Of a DNA stretch of 64,000 nt, positions 48,001-55,728 are shown piece by piece. Source of the stretch: a virus. The number at the start of each line of letters is the position of its first letter. The first letter of the stretch is position 1. The notes under the pieces are model-generated. The model did no database searches and was not told where the DNA came from. It was given only the letters and a program-made list of their open reading frames with translations. Location of the stretch: positions 32,001 through 96,000 of the IMG/VR virus record IMGVR_UViG_3300045988_151684; one strand, given 5' to 3'. Position numbers and translations under genes: made by a program.

Positions 48001-49863
48001 TTCGTCTAAACCATATAATCCATATTCCTTAGCCTTATCTATTAACCAGTTACGCGCATCCGCATTACCCTCAAGAAAATCATCGGCCGTATCAAAAGCC
48101 TGTGCCGAATCATGCCAGCTTTCACCACCGCCATTGCGAGCCATCGACGTTATATAAAAGTGCCGTCCATACTGGTTATAATAGTCACGGTCTAACAGTC
48201 TTAATTTCTGCTCAGTCAAATCAGTTAGATTAGGATTAGAAACTTCACCGCTTATAGTATAGTCTGCTGTCTGTGGAATATCTAAAGCTGGTGACTGCGC
48301 TTTTTCATCAGCAAAATGCCCCATTGCACTATTTACATAGCCAGCTATGGATGGACCATTGCCCTGTGGCGCATCCCAAGGTCTGCCATTTTGGTCAGTA
48401 GCTTCTCCCTCAACCCAGCGCTGAGCATTGTTTGGACCGGAATACCATGCAACTAATGCCCCTTCTGGACCATACTCATCAAAATACTGTCCCATTTTAA
48501 AACGTCCGACTTGACGGTACGCATCATCATCATCCATGCTTGCACCACCAAGACCAGCTTCTTTTGACCATGCATCCCAATTTTCCGGCTGAATCTGATA
48601 AACACCACGCGCACCCGTAGATGATACCGCATCAGGATCACCGCCGCTTTCCTGCATTTCAATAGCGTTGAAAAATGCTTCTTTGTCGCTGCCGCCGTTA
48701 TTAGCATTGCCACGTTGTACCGTAACTGTGCTTTCCGGAACATCAGCAATCTCTGTTTTATTGCCAGCAGTTTCTTCCATGCCATTAAATGGATTATTAG
48801 GATTACTTTTAGCAGCTTCATTATTCATTCTATTAATTCTAGCTTTATAATCCCTATAAGCAGTATGGCCTGCGCCAAACAGACCTAATGGCAGGCTGCC
48901 CATAAAGGCAGCTCGTCCTGCCTGCTGTTCGTCCTCTGTTGGATTAAAGAACGTACCATACGGCTTGCCACTCCATTTATTTTGTGCCTGCTGTTGTGTC
49001 ATTTCCTGAGCATACTCCGAGGCTGCCGAGCCCGGAATATTAACGCCATAGCCGGCAATCTTGCCTGCTCTGCCACCCCGTTTGAATATCGGCTTAAAGC
49101 CTTTACCTTCAAGGATAGGTCCCATAATACCCTGAGTAAGCATATCCATTGGCAGTTCTTCTTGTATCATGCTATTCATACGACGAGCAATTTCATCATC
49201 AGAAAGTCCCTCGTCTTTTAAATCAGCATACATATCGCCGGCATTAGTTGCTGCTTCCAGTGGTCCCGTACCTAAGGCCCATTTTGCTGCTGAAGCTCCT
49301 GCCTGCTGTCCTGCCTTTGACATAATAGCCTTGCCTATCTGCTTAGCTCCAGCACGGGCAGCCATTGAACCAATACCACGTGCAGCAAGTGCGCCAGCAC
49401 CGCCAAATGGTGCTGCGGCACTAGCAGCCGCAAACGGAATAGCCGAACCTGCCATCTGACTAAAGTCAGCCAGCAGACCTCGTTTGTCTGTCAAATAATC
49501 AGCACTGGTTAATCTGTCAATTATACTCATATCCTGATATTTATCAAGCGTGCCAGATTCAGCAAAATTCTTAGCTGCTTTATCATTAAGATATTCACCA
49601 TTATTTATAAATGAATCGCCCCATTTACCGAGCGTACCCTCATCTGAATTGCGGATTGAATCAACATAAGAACTTTCCCGCCCTGCCTCGTCAAAACGTT
49701 TCAGTTGTGCTCCTATATAATCAAGCCCGCCACCAATTACGCTTTCGGCTCCGCCTGCTAAGTTATCCATTATGGTTGAAAACAATCCCTTTTCTTTTGG
49801 TGCAGCAGCTGATACGCCAGCTACTACAGGATTGCTTATTGCATGTTCTTTTAAAAATGACAT
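39064..49863 (-). CDS. Giant polyvalent virion/ejection-type protein (3,599 aa) with lytic transglycosylase, M15-like peptidase, low-complexity linkers, SNF2-family helicase, N6-adenine MTase and an HExxH domain (DarB-like anti-restriction architecture)
   Basis: Motifs read in the translation: AIEMQESGG..GVYQIQP (SLT); SWHDSAQAFDTAD..GGHLHFSDHG (M15); GTGKTFTG, DESH, LSATPF, QCEGRIYRTG (SF2/SNF2); EPSAGHGA and NPPYGKGG (MTase I/IV); VYHEVFHAV (zincin). Confidence 0.85.
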   Translation of the reverse strand: MSFLKEHAISNPVVAGVSAAAPKEKGLFSTIMDNLAGGAESVIGGGLDYIGAQLKRFDEAGRESSYVDSIRNSDEGTLGKWGDSFINNGEYLNDKAAKNFAESGTLDKYQDMSIIDRLTSADYLTDKRGLLADFSQMAGSAIPFAAASAAAPFGGAGALAARGIGSMAARAGAKQIGKAIMSKAGQQAGASAAKWALGTGPLEAATNAGDMYADLKDEGLSDDEIARRMNSMIQEELPMDMLTQGIMGPILEGKGFKPIFKRGGRAGKIAGYGVNIPGSAASEYAQEMTQQQAQNKWSGKPYGTFFNPTEDEQQAGRAAFMGSLPLGLFGAGHTAYRDYKARINRMNNEAAKSNPNNPFNGMEETAGNKTEIADVPESTVTVQRGNANNGGSDKEAFFNAIEMQESGGDPDAVSSTGARGVYQIQPENWDAWSKEAGLGGASMDDDDAYRQVGRFKMGQYFDEYGPEGALVAWYSGPNNAQRWVEGEATDQNGRPWDAPQGNGPSIAGYVNSAMGHFADEKAQSPALDIPQTADYTISGEVSNPNLTDLTEQKLRLLDRDYYNQYGRHFYITSMARNGGGESWHDSAQAFDTADDFLEGNADARNWLIDKAKEYGLYGLDEYSNPSANATGGHLHFSDHGEALNGSGGSYNITVPGFNLSQYDLTPEQEKANMEAAQALISNNEVTPEQQQSVMEMATQLMNMPVSDDVNEDAAHAAAMQNAIDGGDIGAIFKMHPQETANAMMKTVMAAKAPSPRRAPATPKIDNINPQAPAQTRVSTNYGNRFAQTVDDITKLASQGKIAEAALVARSNGWNNTMVNLLTQGVNASAGNIQNAIMNGIQLDVPNAFPALPDGQGLAGNIKNNQQHISIANLEELASIANNNPQYAAAQATQQNLPTTASAIMQSAMNGQPIDGNVLDSTIQQDLNNNQQQANANRQAIDARMQKAGLAINPATPNAGIIVPNGAPAETPDIVIPDTPKRKAPTVNTNDPMARLNDSPVFRQAKAKSDIGAMANEADAMGFHKEAEQIRNSQYGNVPSRFDYKKRLSEVKKMSRADRIELGKELLNELKAKNISVNDNLRNDLEHGVPKAIVNAEKKLANAETNDEAEQEIKPAEEATPAIAKNEAAENVTEQDKQEVKAEKSAKEDTVLKGVSGIYESDIKDYIDRGYNIESYRGHLENGKPVYNLDFETSDDKARFVKDFYGESKEIDTDTSEPDYAKELAEEQEKKAGAEPAEEGNEKATNENEHRTYSYKEKEEIREGFNQKGSKIIKAYRAKSITYEEAIERLAKLEKEIEDTDDNVFNPDLYPYSRAGVLADSVLIRKHLLERIHEEEQDSNTSAKPSNSKAKKKGTERAGTDGNETVAEGNGGEVSSEHTQGTETVQSEPVVKDEKPKEEKKHRIFSTQEEAEKELEKALGIRPVKKKAEEKPAKAESKDESDGNKPKDIDPKKFAGVDISEEAETKLVAELKQALEKSRNRLNSLPVFDPDILAPAFKLGRLYVARGAKGFTEFAKTMIDTLGDDIRGWLHPVWSMLESADGKVDESQMIPAFNYVGSVMEKNPKAGFEDIRNEFAKKYGEDNAKDFEPLLKLGFIGADNVINNPKEVTDSELYDSTNKPAERNSAGDNQDAVGSVHEDGESRTGRGQSVQSSGKEVRSQRSGGVHGRSTDTSGKTGNSRVQSEETKQSAGNDSTGAEHLSRSIRDSFDRPPVDDGRSAESIKSAENRPVNESSKRGAINGAKVDKKNFKTGSKKQIEASMPFLMKGQVDDVVKADNRLFSTDKNGKPYKGMMFTNGTGTGKTFTGLGVIKRFVQRGKKNILIIAPQDKTQNDWINAGKGFFGLDISKLKSTKDKGEGIVITSYQNVGENNALLERDWDLIVTDESHKLMQGEQANNTNALNKVRAMTYHNRGFNDYYEAKNYDNVMQERSLNSRAGASDFTASDRQQLADLHVKNERIRHKLKAEYEAMQAEDAKGANDRHKVLFLSATPFAYIKNIEYAEGYLFDYPAKEKHGYYNDTDGQEQFMIDHFGYRMRNNKLNKPDAEVNQDIMEIKFNEWLKSIGAVSSRKLEVKPDYERGYILVDGGVGKQIDRGLDILHGNDEKGDRDKYSLIAKMVDEKLKKNGRRYLLEAVKAKAAIPIIKEYLKAGKQVVVFHDFKKNEAANPFMLISDDFAELDPSDQAKAHKQYEDFCAENPELLKLDMKDLMSPIERFQSELGKTVGIFNGDVKKSLRQDSVDKFNDDEDDLRVLLCQRASAKEGISLHDRTGKHQRVLIDLGLATRPTDLIQCEGRIYRTGVVTNAIIRYLNTGMNFERQAFADTIAGRSSTAENLSMGYEARNLRDAIVNGFMESIDGDTWKRYLPNSKTEGTGGKARDGKAMSGVSQFDEAVSDYFTNAKKNSRNKSSEGVDYYPTPEPVGFKMVEWLGLKNGNKALEPSAGHGAISRYFSATTRNTIIEPSEQLATLAKMRLKGGTTSRVETTTFEQFAKANKFDGIAMNPPYGKGGKTAMEHLAKAFEHLYDGGRVIAIVPDGPAFNKRFDEWYGNNEAKHALLINTIRLPQCTFKRAGTSVATKILVIDKYLTDEDMKQAQGGNEVDLRGIENIKDLFSRIKNMTMPERIGADIKNHFTNTVNKKSINNSYMALVDDVKLMNDDRLYAIAFDYQGRRNVKFGGYGFATESLRNKFERTANKYLAEKANNPNAKVPTTESKPAENTESEQYFTLGTHEDTRPNVDKLYSTARPTEYLSDKYRSISNLAKEHNGHYSKYANNSFIFENENDRNEFVKEANALLAESNYSISPADNVKEQISEQAKAQAMGRLRTEIAEALPTAKNIRDDGSSLYFTMFNKAEVEIQIADELNVDNGDADKARKAHGLEAGVKIKVNGKEYTVGSKAVIQLALNGDEGSVYHEVFHAVWDMVLTDKEKSAIIKAYKEDARKAGKDVIEYAADRYRDWFLARNKGVTKDPNGNSFKFGKLWKKFREMVDKLRSIIAKTEEVNRIFKDIESGKVWERELDNALKVTDNDIKQMKQELAGKLKPDMTDDELDQAFLGTKIVRELRSKFNFDMNGFPKEAYEYSRRFNRLGEEFERYVSDNRQNNVKNRAIKDGGTPARYDKRTPDNADRRSEVEVEKGYTGGVRELNARNQQPEKNVSYEVQSVLYLNDVKAIHDYEYDNNKLSVSRSDKDGFSSTQKYSISEMQTETEPAGSLNRIKRSMSELGKIATEKNVEIRKKKERDIDNLNMLDMWVKTVRQVSKKNNAVKYFYNLARKAYDEQEKLRAHYGEAMKRFNQYTKDKKDLDDVSQALLQGDMEGKEYKVKDLKEMGLSDNAIRAYKLVRLRLGSAYKLINDARMQVIERNKILHRSQLDDFKKAHFLKDSDILSIINKGNGKILVTYRGAKIYEHTGEMVSPEALSKLKADKDVCVIDFEPVTDDLGTTLWRVDYTERPKPLTKLTGYVPHFFHKFMVYQKYTNEDGEEILVTRGSGRSLKEAAKLANGYAKENPDSEYVIRAQGFEYDEEYNNVVVGDRDFARMTSQIHKNTDMSLNEARKFLRESAGAKIKGRHRFFGNMKKRKAPRGLKKMCRGCWSITSMHPHVM
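41080..41160 (-). other. Domain: zincin-like HExxH motif
   Basis: GSVYHEVFHAVWD encoded at ~41105..41135. Confidence 0.4.
42150..42650 (-). other. Domain: N6-adenine DNA methyltransferase (gamma-class motif order)
   Basis: Motif I LEPSAGHGA upstream of motif IV NPPYGKGG (~42350). Confidence 0.75.
42950..44500 (-). other. Domain: SF2 helicase (SNF2-like)
   Basis: Walker A GTGKT (~44465), DESH (~44210), LSATP, motif VI QCEGRIYRTG (~42990). Confidence 0.8.
47900..48180 (-). other. Domain: M15/Hedgehog-type zinc peptidase-like
   Basis: SWHDSAQAFDTAD (about 48106) and GGHLHFSDHG (about 47945). Confidence 0.55.
48400..48720 (-). other. Domain: family-1 lytic transglycosylase (SLT)
   Basis: EMQESGG...ARGVYQIQ motif encoded around 48640..48670. 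Confidence 0.75.
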
Positions 49864-49884
49864 TTGTTTCCTCCAATATAAGAA

Positions 49885-51675
49885 TTAATCACCATATCGG
49901 TTTCTCATGTCTTGAATAATAGCAGGATCTATACGTGCCAAAAGCTCGTCATTGCCTGTTTTTATATCATCCCAATAAATTTTGGTATTTGGATTTGCTG
50001 GATCCCGATTATATTCTCTTAAAAAATTCCCTAGATACTGCAATTCATTATCCTCCCAAGCATTATCATCTTCATCATGCCCAGGAATACCAATAGCTTT
50101 TTCTTTAAACCCATTAAAATCTATATCGCCACTAAGATATTGCTGTATATACTGGTCATATTTGGCTTTATGACCTTCTTCCTTAGCTGTTGCTGCTGAT
50201 GATTTAGCACCTCTTTGGTACTTTCCACTTGCTAAATCTTCGGCGTGCCATTTATCTCTTGCTTGTATATCCTCAGCCTTACGTTTATTTGCTGCCTGCT
50301 CTTTCATAACCGCCGTCTGATAACCAAAATTCTGACCGCGGGCCGTAAGATTCCCCTTCATTTTATCCGTTGGACTTATTGCTTTGTTGAATGTCTGCGT
50401 ACTGCCAGCACCATAACCGCTCGGGTCATAATAAGAAACATACTTCTTATCACCTGTATCAGTTTCATGCATAGTGTAATTACGCTTTGTTTTATCAAAA
50501 GCATTGATAATGTCTTTCGGATCAGCGCCGGATGCTACCAGCATAGCCAGCATACTTCCAGCTTGAGGATTGCTTGCCAGGCTTTCAATGAATTTACCCT
50601 GTAGCATTTTCTTAGTCTTTTCTGCTTCCTGCTTATCCATCTTGGCCAACGCCGCCTCAACCTGATTTTGTGGCAACCCCTGGTTAATCAAAGCACGGCG
50701 CAAATTATCCCGATAATCCGGTGAAGCTTTTTCGCTAGCAATATCTTTCATAGCCAGTTGCTTGGCTGTTGCGTCTAACACAGTGTTGTAATCTGCACCC
50801 TTGCCATAGACATCGTATATATCCTGCATGGTAATAGTATCTGGATTACTATAGGCTTGTTTTGCAGCATCCTGAACATCCTTAACACTGAACGTATAAG
50901 GATTAGTATTGGCAGCATTATTTCCCGCCGGAAGCTGATTTTGTGCTGCTCCGTTTTGTCTTATTGGCTGTGCTCCAGCTAATTCATTAGCTACTTCCTG
51001 TAATGTCTGTGGCGATGCATTGCCATTTCTGTACAGCTCACTTATTTCTGCTTTGGTAGGCGCATAGTTAAACGGCTTTAGTCCTAATGCTGCCTGAGCT
51101 ATTTCTTCTTTGGTGGGTGGCTTCTTATATGATATATCCAGCTCATTTTTTGGCATTTGATAATTGCCAAATCTGTAATTTGGTGACATTTCCGCCTCAG
51201 CAGCAGCCTTGGCAGCAGCTAAACTGTTGACATTCCCCCCTACTTTTGACATATCTATATGCTTTCTGTCACCAATCTTACGGAACTCATCGGCCATAGT
51301 ATGTGCCGTATTTTGTATATCACGGAATTTTTTTACATCATCGGAATCTTCACCGTAACCATTATTAAGTAAATATTGTGCATCATTCTGTGCCTGCCAC
51401 CAGCGACGTTTAGCATTTAATAAACCTTGCTGTGGTGTAAGACCTACATAATCACCCGCATTAGACTGATTCTTTAATGCCTCTGCTGCTTCTGCTCTAT
51501 GCTGATCAGCATACTTATCAAGCATATCCTGCTGATACCTCTTGATAGCGTCACCAGCTTTATCTATGCCACGCTGATTATAATTTTGTGCCCAGGCATT
51601 ACCTAGTGCTGCCCCTAAAGCACTGCCAAGCTCCGGTGAAAAAACATCATCTCTTATATCACTCCACCAGCCCAT
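49885..51675 (-). CDS. Virion internal or structural protein (596 aa), Gln/Ala/Asn-rich
   Basis: ORF immediately upstream of the giant protein. Confidence 0.4.
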   Translation of the reverse strand: MGWWSDIRDDVFSPELGSALGAALGNAWAQNYNQRGIDKAGDAIKRYQQDMLDKYADQHRAEAAEALKNQSNAGDYVGLTPQQGLLNAKRRWWQAQNDAQYLLNNGYGEDSDDVKKFRDIQNTAHTMADEFRKIGDRKHIDMSKVGGNVNSLAAAKAAAEAEMSPNYRFGNYQMPKNELDISYKKPPTKEEIAQAALGLKPFNYAPTKAEISELYRNGNASPQTLQEVANELAGAQPIRQNGAAQNQLPAGNNAANTNPYTFSVKDVQDAAKQAYSNPDTITMQDIYDVYGKGADYNTVLDATAKQLAMKDIASEKASPDYRDNLRRALINQGLPQNQVEAALAKMDKQEAEKTKKMLQGKFIESLASNPQAGSMLAMLVASGADPKDIINAFDKTKRNYTMHETDTGDKKYVSYYDPSGYGAGSTQTFNKAISPTDKMKGNLTARGQNFGYQTAVMKEQAANKRKAEDIQARDKWHAEDLASGKYQRGAKSSAATAKEEGHKAKYDQYIQQYLSGDIDFNGFKEKAIGIPGHDEDDNAWEDNELQYLGNFLREYNRDPANPNTKIYWDDIKTGNDELLARIDPAIIQDMRNRYGD

Positions 51676-53183
51676 TAATCATCACCCCATATCTCGCTGC
51701 TGCCACCATTGGCAATGAAGCCATCCGCAATGTAGTTGTTTGCGCCGTCAACCTGCAAATCATAGACCCTGCGTTCACCGCTATAGACAACACTTTGAAC
51801 TTTGCCAACATTTTTAAGCTCTGTACCAATCGTAAGGTAACTTAGCATTACATACTCGCCATCAGGCTTCATAAAGCTCTGTGTAAGTGTGGTACTCGTA
51901 TGACCGTCTTTTGCAATGACACAATAAACGTCATTGTATCTAGGTTCCATAGTCTTTACTACCTTAGCAGTAGTGCCATCAGCCGTCATGACTTCATCAC
52001 CTGCATGAACATGCTTAATATCCCGCTTACTGCCATCAGCCATGTCAATCATAGTTCCCTCCGGGAAACAAGCCCAGCCCATAGCAGCACCACCTACAGC
52101 TGACCCTAGCAAGTTGCCAAAGAAACTGCCGCCTGATGTATGCTGATTTTGTGTTGATGTACTAGTTCCTTTTCCGGCAGCTGCGGCCAACGCTCCAGTA
52201 TTGGCACCATTGAGACCAAGCGAAGTCTGCCACAAATTCATTGCTGGCGTCTGCGCTGCTTCCTGCGCTGTTGCCGCTGCCGTAATAGGTGATGTAGCTG
52301 AATCAATAAGATTGCCATACAAACCTTGGTTAGCACTGTTATTGCCCTGCGTATTGCTTAGCTGCTGCTGCGTTATGGCTCCTGCCTGGCCAAGAGCACC
52401 ACTATTAACACCGTACTGCCGGCTTATAATATCACCTAAGCTGTTCGTTGCATTGTTAGTATTTTGATTTTGCTGCTGGGCAAGATTGGCTGCCTGATTA
52501 ATATTGTTTTGATACTGTGATGCCACACTGTCGCTGGCATTTTTCTCAATGTCATTAAGTGCACTCGATGTTACGGACGAATTTAGTACGCCTCGATTGC
52601 CTAAATTGTTAATCGCTTTGCCAACCGTATTATTAACCGCTGAGTTGATACTTTTTTCCATATTCTGCTGATATGCAGAAGGCAAATTGCCATTTTCTAA
52701 GCTGCTAAGCGTACTATTTGCTTTATTTGCCGAATCAACATAGCTTCCCGCAAGATTTCCATACTGATTTGATGTACTATTAGCCAGTTTATAATTCTGA
52801 TTTACTAAATCACCAAGCGTGCCGTTAGCGTTGTTAGTTGCTGAATTATTACTGCCAATAAGCCCTGCCAGCCCATTTGTCGCATTGCCTATCTGATTTT
52901 GTGCATTTTTGTTCATGGCGTTATAGTCGACCTGAACCGTACCTAGAGAATCTCTAAGCAAATTCATAGCATAATCATTAAGCGTTATGGCATTTGGCAT
53001 AACAGCATCAATATATTTGCCCTGCTGCTTCATCAGATACTTTTCTTCCTCTGATGGAGTATAGGTACTGGTATTAGTAACGGTTGTCGAATGTCCTTTG
53101 AAGTAGCAACGATGGAAATATTTTCTGTATACTTCGCTGTGTAAATTATCTTGCGGTCTATCAAACCACATCTGCTGAAACAT
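51675..53183 (-). CDS. Asn/Gln/Ser-rich low-complexity protein with a C-terminal Hint (intein/BIL-like) domain
   Basis: C-terminal ~130 aa: CFPEGTMIDMADGS...VYDLQVDGANNYIADGFIANGG; long N/Q/S-rich N-terminal region. Confidence 0.65.
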   Translation of the reverse strand: MFQQMWFDRPQDNLHSEVYRKYFHRCYFKGHSTTVTNTSTYTPSEEEKYLMKQQGKYIDAVMPNAITLNDYAMNLLRDSLGTVQVDYNAMNKNAQNQIGNATNGLAGLIGSNNSATNNANGTLGDLVNQNYKLANSTSNQYGNLAGSYVDSANKANSTLSSLENGNLPSAYQQNMEKSINSAVNNTVGKAINNLGNRGVLNSSVTSSALNDIEKNASDSVASQYQNNINQAANLAQQQNQNTNNATNSLGDIISRQYGVNSGALGQAGAITQQQLSNTQGNNSANQGLYGNLIDSATSPITAAATAQEAAQTPAMNLWQTSLGLNGANTGALAAAAGKGTSTSTQNQHTSGGSFFGNLLGSAVGGAAMGWACFPEGTMIDMADGSKRDIKHVHAGDEVMTADGTTAKVVKTMEPRYNDVYCVIAKDGHTSTTLTQSFMKPDGEYVMLSYLTIGTELKNVGKVQSVVYSGERRVYDLQVDGANNYIADGFIANGGSSEIWGDD

Positions 53184-53195
53184 TTCTGCACCCCC

Positions 53196-53615
53196 TTATA
53201 TGTCCCATGTAATATAAAAGGCCTGCCTGCCATCATCCTTATATTTGAATGCTGGCGAAGCATAGCCCATCTTCTTTGTAGTTTTATTTATTGCCTGATA
53301 TCTAGTCGCACCATCTTTCAGTAACTCTTTTTTTACTACTTTATAGCCAAACAATCTGAAATATGCTGGTGGATTACAGCGGATATTTATAGTACCACCG
53401 TGATGTATACCTGCTTTTTCCGCCGCCTTATCTACGGCATTTTTCCAATAGCGTGCATCACCGCCAAGCTGTCCAATAAATGCCATGCGTTTTGTCATAA
53501 GAACCTCACAGAATCCTTTATCTTCTTTAAAGAAAAGCGCATACCTATTGTCACGCTGAAACTTATCATGCAGATTCTTTCTGTTGTAAAAATCTATCCA
53601 TTCATCCAGTGTCAT
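53196..53615 (-). CDS. Hypothetical protein (139 aa)
   Basis: ORF only. Confidence 0.35.
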   Translation of the reverse strand: MTLDEWIDFYNRKNLHDKFQRDNRYALFFKEDKGFCEVLMTKRMAFIGQLGGDARYWKNAVDKAAEKAGIHHGGTINIRCNPPAYFRLFGYKVVKKELLKDGATRYQAINKTTKKMGYASPAFKYKDDGRQAFYITWDI

Positions 53616-54970
53616 AAGTCAGCCACCTCAACAATAACATGCTTCGGGGAGAACGGCGTGCTGCTAGATAGTTCAAGCGTCATTTTCGATGTCGTATGAT
53701 TGCACCGTATCTTGCGCCGGTCATTTGCCGGCATATCGACTTCGATGTTATCAAGCTTTAAGTGCAGCTTGCCAGCGCTTGGAGCGTCAGCGTCTGTATC
53801 GACTGCTCTTGTGATTATCTTTTCTGTGCTGACTGTATCCTTAAATTTCATACGGAAAAGTATTGGCTTCCCATTATCATCACCAATAGTATCAGATAAT
53901 TCGTAAAGGCCACTGCCACTTGCCACGATAACCTTATCCAATGTTTCCACAATATCAGTTACAGGAATAGCAAACTGCAAAGTAGTAGCGCTGCCCAAAG
54001 CATAGTTAAAAGCTATCATATAGTGCCAGTCTGCTGTCGGTCTAATAAGCAGCAGCTTCCTGCGCCTGAGATTAAAAAGTCTTGGCTCATACTGACCTTG
54101 TGTGACAAGCGCCGTGAACTTTTGTCCGATGTCACCCGTAGCAATATTCCCGTAATCCATAGTAGTAGCAAGCGTTCTAAGCCCGCCTCTGGTCACGAAA
54201 ATCACGTCATTTCCGACCGGCATAGCACACTGACGACCGACTATATCCGTCTCAGTAGCTATACGATATACCGCCCATGAGCTTACATCAGCGTCGCCGG
54301 TCAACTGGTAAACCATGCCATTTGACTTGAAAATCATCAAATCCGTTGCCAACGGTGCTATTGCTATCACATCACCACTGTCACCATAGCCAATATCTAT
54401 CCACTGACCGCTAGAAGCGTCATTATCATCAGTAGTCCATGTTTCGCCGTCACCTGTAGCCGAATAAGTTATGCGGTCACTGCCGGTCATACATACGCAT
54501 AGCCGTGCAAAGCGCTGAAAGACTACATCGCATTTCGGCGATGATAGCACTGTCTTTATGCTCTCTTTAGTCGAATAATCATAGTATTGAAGATAGTCGC
54601 CACTTGCTATCCACATTCTGTCTTGAAATTTTGCGCAGCTCGGACGCTTAGTACCCGTCAGACTGCCGATTTTCTCGGGTGCTTTATCTATAGTGACTAC
54701 TCGATATATCCCGCCGTCTATGGTAAAAAGCAAAAAAGTGTTGGTATCGACATCATAAAAAAGCGATAGTATCTCTGTCTCAAGCGTAGAAAACGGCTTA
54801 GACAAGCCACCACGGGGCGACAAAGACCGCTGAAATCCGACAAAAAGCAAATTTTGGCACTCTTGAAGCTCATTCTGCGCTATCATATCGCCGTCAGACA
54901 TGACATTTATACCGCCTGTGAAGTCATTAAAAGCTATCTGAGTAGCTTGGTGCTTGCTTGTGCGGCGCAT
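53612..54970 (-). CDS. Putative virion structural protein (452 aa)
   Basis: ORF only; position in the structural operon. Confidence 0.4.
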   Translation of the reverse strand: MRRTSKHQATQIAFNDFTGGINVMSDGDMIAQNELQECQNLLFVGFQRSLSPRGGLSKPFSTLETEILSLFYDVDTNTFLLFTIDGGIYRVVTIDKAPEKIGSLTGTKRPSCAKFQDRMWIASGDYLQYYDYSTKESIKTVLSSPKCDVVFQRFARLCVCMTGSDRITYSATGDGETWTTDDNDASSGQWIDIGYGDSGDVIAIAPLATDLMIFKSNGMVYQLTGDADVSSWAVYRIATETDIVGRQCAMPVGNDVIFVTRGGLRTLATTMDYGNIATGDIGQKFTALVTQGQYEPRLFNLRRRKLLLIRPTADWHYMIAFNYALGSATTLQFAIPVTDIVETLDKVIVASGSGLYELSDTIGDDNGKPILFRMKFKDTVSTEKIITRAVDTDADAPSAGKLHLKLDNIEVDMPANDRRKIRCNHTTSKMTLELSSSTPFSPKHVIVEVADL

Positions 54971-54985
54971 AAAATCACCACCTTT

Positions 54986-55222
54986 TTATGATAAAGTACC
55001 AGCTACCACATTTAAGGTAGCGTGGCTGCCAAGCGCCCTTGCGTACACGATACCGCTGCTTGAGTACGTCTTGGCACACCCACCGTGCAAGATAAAGCCA
55101 GTATCTGCCTTGGCTGTATCACTTACTTCTATAGACTGCCCAGGCATGACATAAAAGACACCACTACTCTCTGCTATCTTTGTAAAATCACTCGATAACT
55201 TATACTGTGACATAAAATACAC
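54986..55222 (-). CDS. Hypothetical protein (78 aa)
   Basis: ORF only. Confidence 0.3.
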   Translation of the reverse strand: MYFMSQYKLSSDFTKIAESSGVFYVMPGQSIEVSDTAKADTGFILHGGCAKTYSSSGIVYARALGSHATLNVVAGTLS

Positions 55223-55375
55223 CTCTCTTTTACACTAAAAAAGCACCTGCCCAAGCGCAAGTGCATATTTTTTCTTTGTATCTACTTTATAAAGCCACAA
55301 AATAGCTTACATTGATATTTTACTACTATATATAGCCTAAAAACTTTTAAAGCTCAAAAAAAAATAAAAAAAGAC

Positions 55376-55404
55376 TTGACATTATATACTGACTACAGTA
55401 TACT
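55376..55404 (+). promoter_or_regulatory. Near-consensus sigma70-like promoter TTGACA-17-TATACT driving the plus-strand moron cassette
   Basis: Read directly from the sequence. Confidence 0.55.
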
Positions 55405-55437
55405 TAAATTATCAAATACAGAAGGGAGTTGATAAGG

Positions 55438-55554
55438 TTGCCGACAAGAAGGGAACGGCAAGCACAAAAAAGAGCTGAGTTAATGCAAGAAATTCAGACG
55501 GTTTGTGCTATTATCTCAACCATAATAGCAATTCTGTCATTCTTGCGATAATCT
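55438..55554 (+). CDS. 38-aa peptide (TTG start) with a basic N-terminus and hydrophobic C-terminus
   Basis: GGGAG RBS 9 nt upstream; MPTRRERQAQKRAELMQEIQTVCAIISTIIAILSFLR; followed by a 12-bp stem-loop (55566..55598). Confidence 0.3.
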
Positions 55555-55629
55555 CAGCTTGTGGCTTACAGGAGGGCGTTAATCTCCCTCTTGTAAGTAA
55601 ATTATATCAAATTTGAGGAGGACAAAGCA

Positions 55630-55719
55630 ATGGAACAAAGGGCAAAATTACTTTTTTGGCTAACAATTATTAACATGTTCCTAATTATTGGTTTAGCAAT
55701 CAAAATTTGGAGCAAATAA
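55630..55719 (+). CDS. 29-aa hydrophobic peptide (single TM)
   Basis: Perfect RBS GAGGAGG; MEQRAKLLFWLTIINMFLIIGLAIKIWSK. Confidence 0.4.
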   Translation: MEQRAKLLFWLTIINMFLIIGLAIKIWSK

Positions 55720-55728
55720 GGTGATAAT

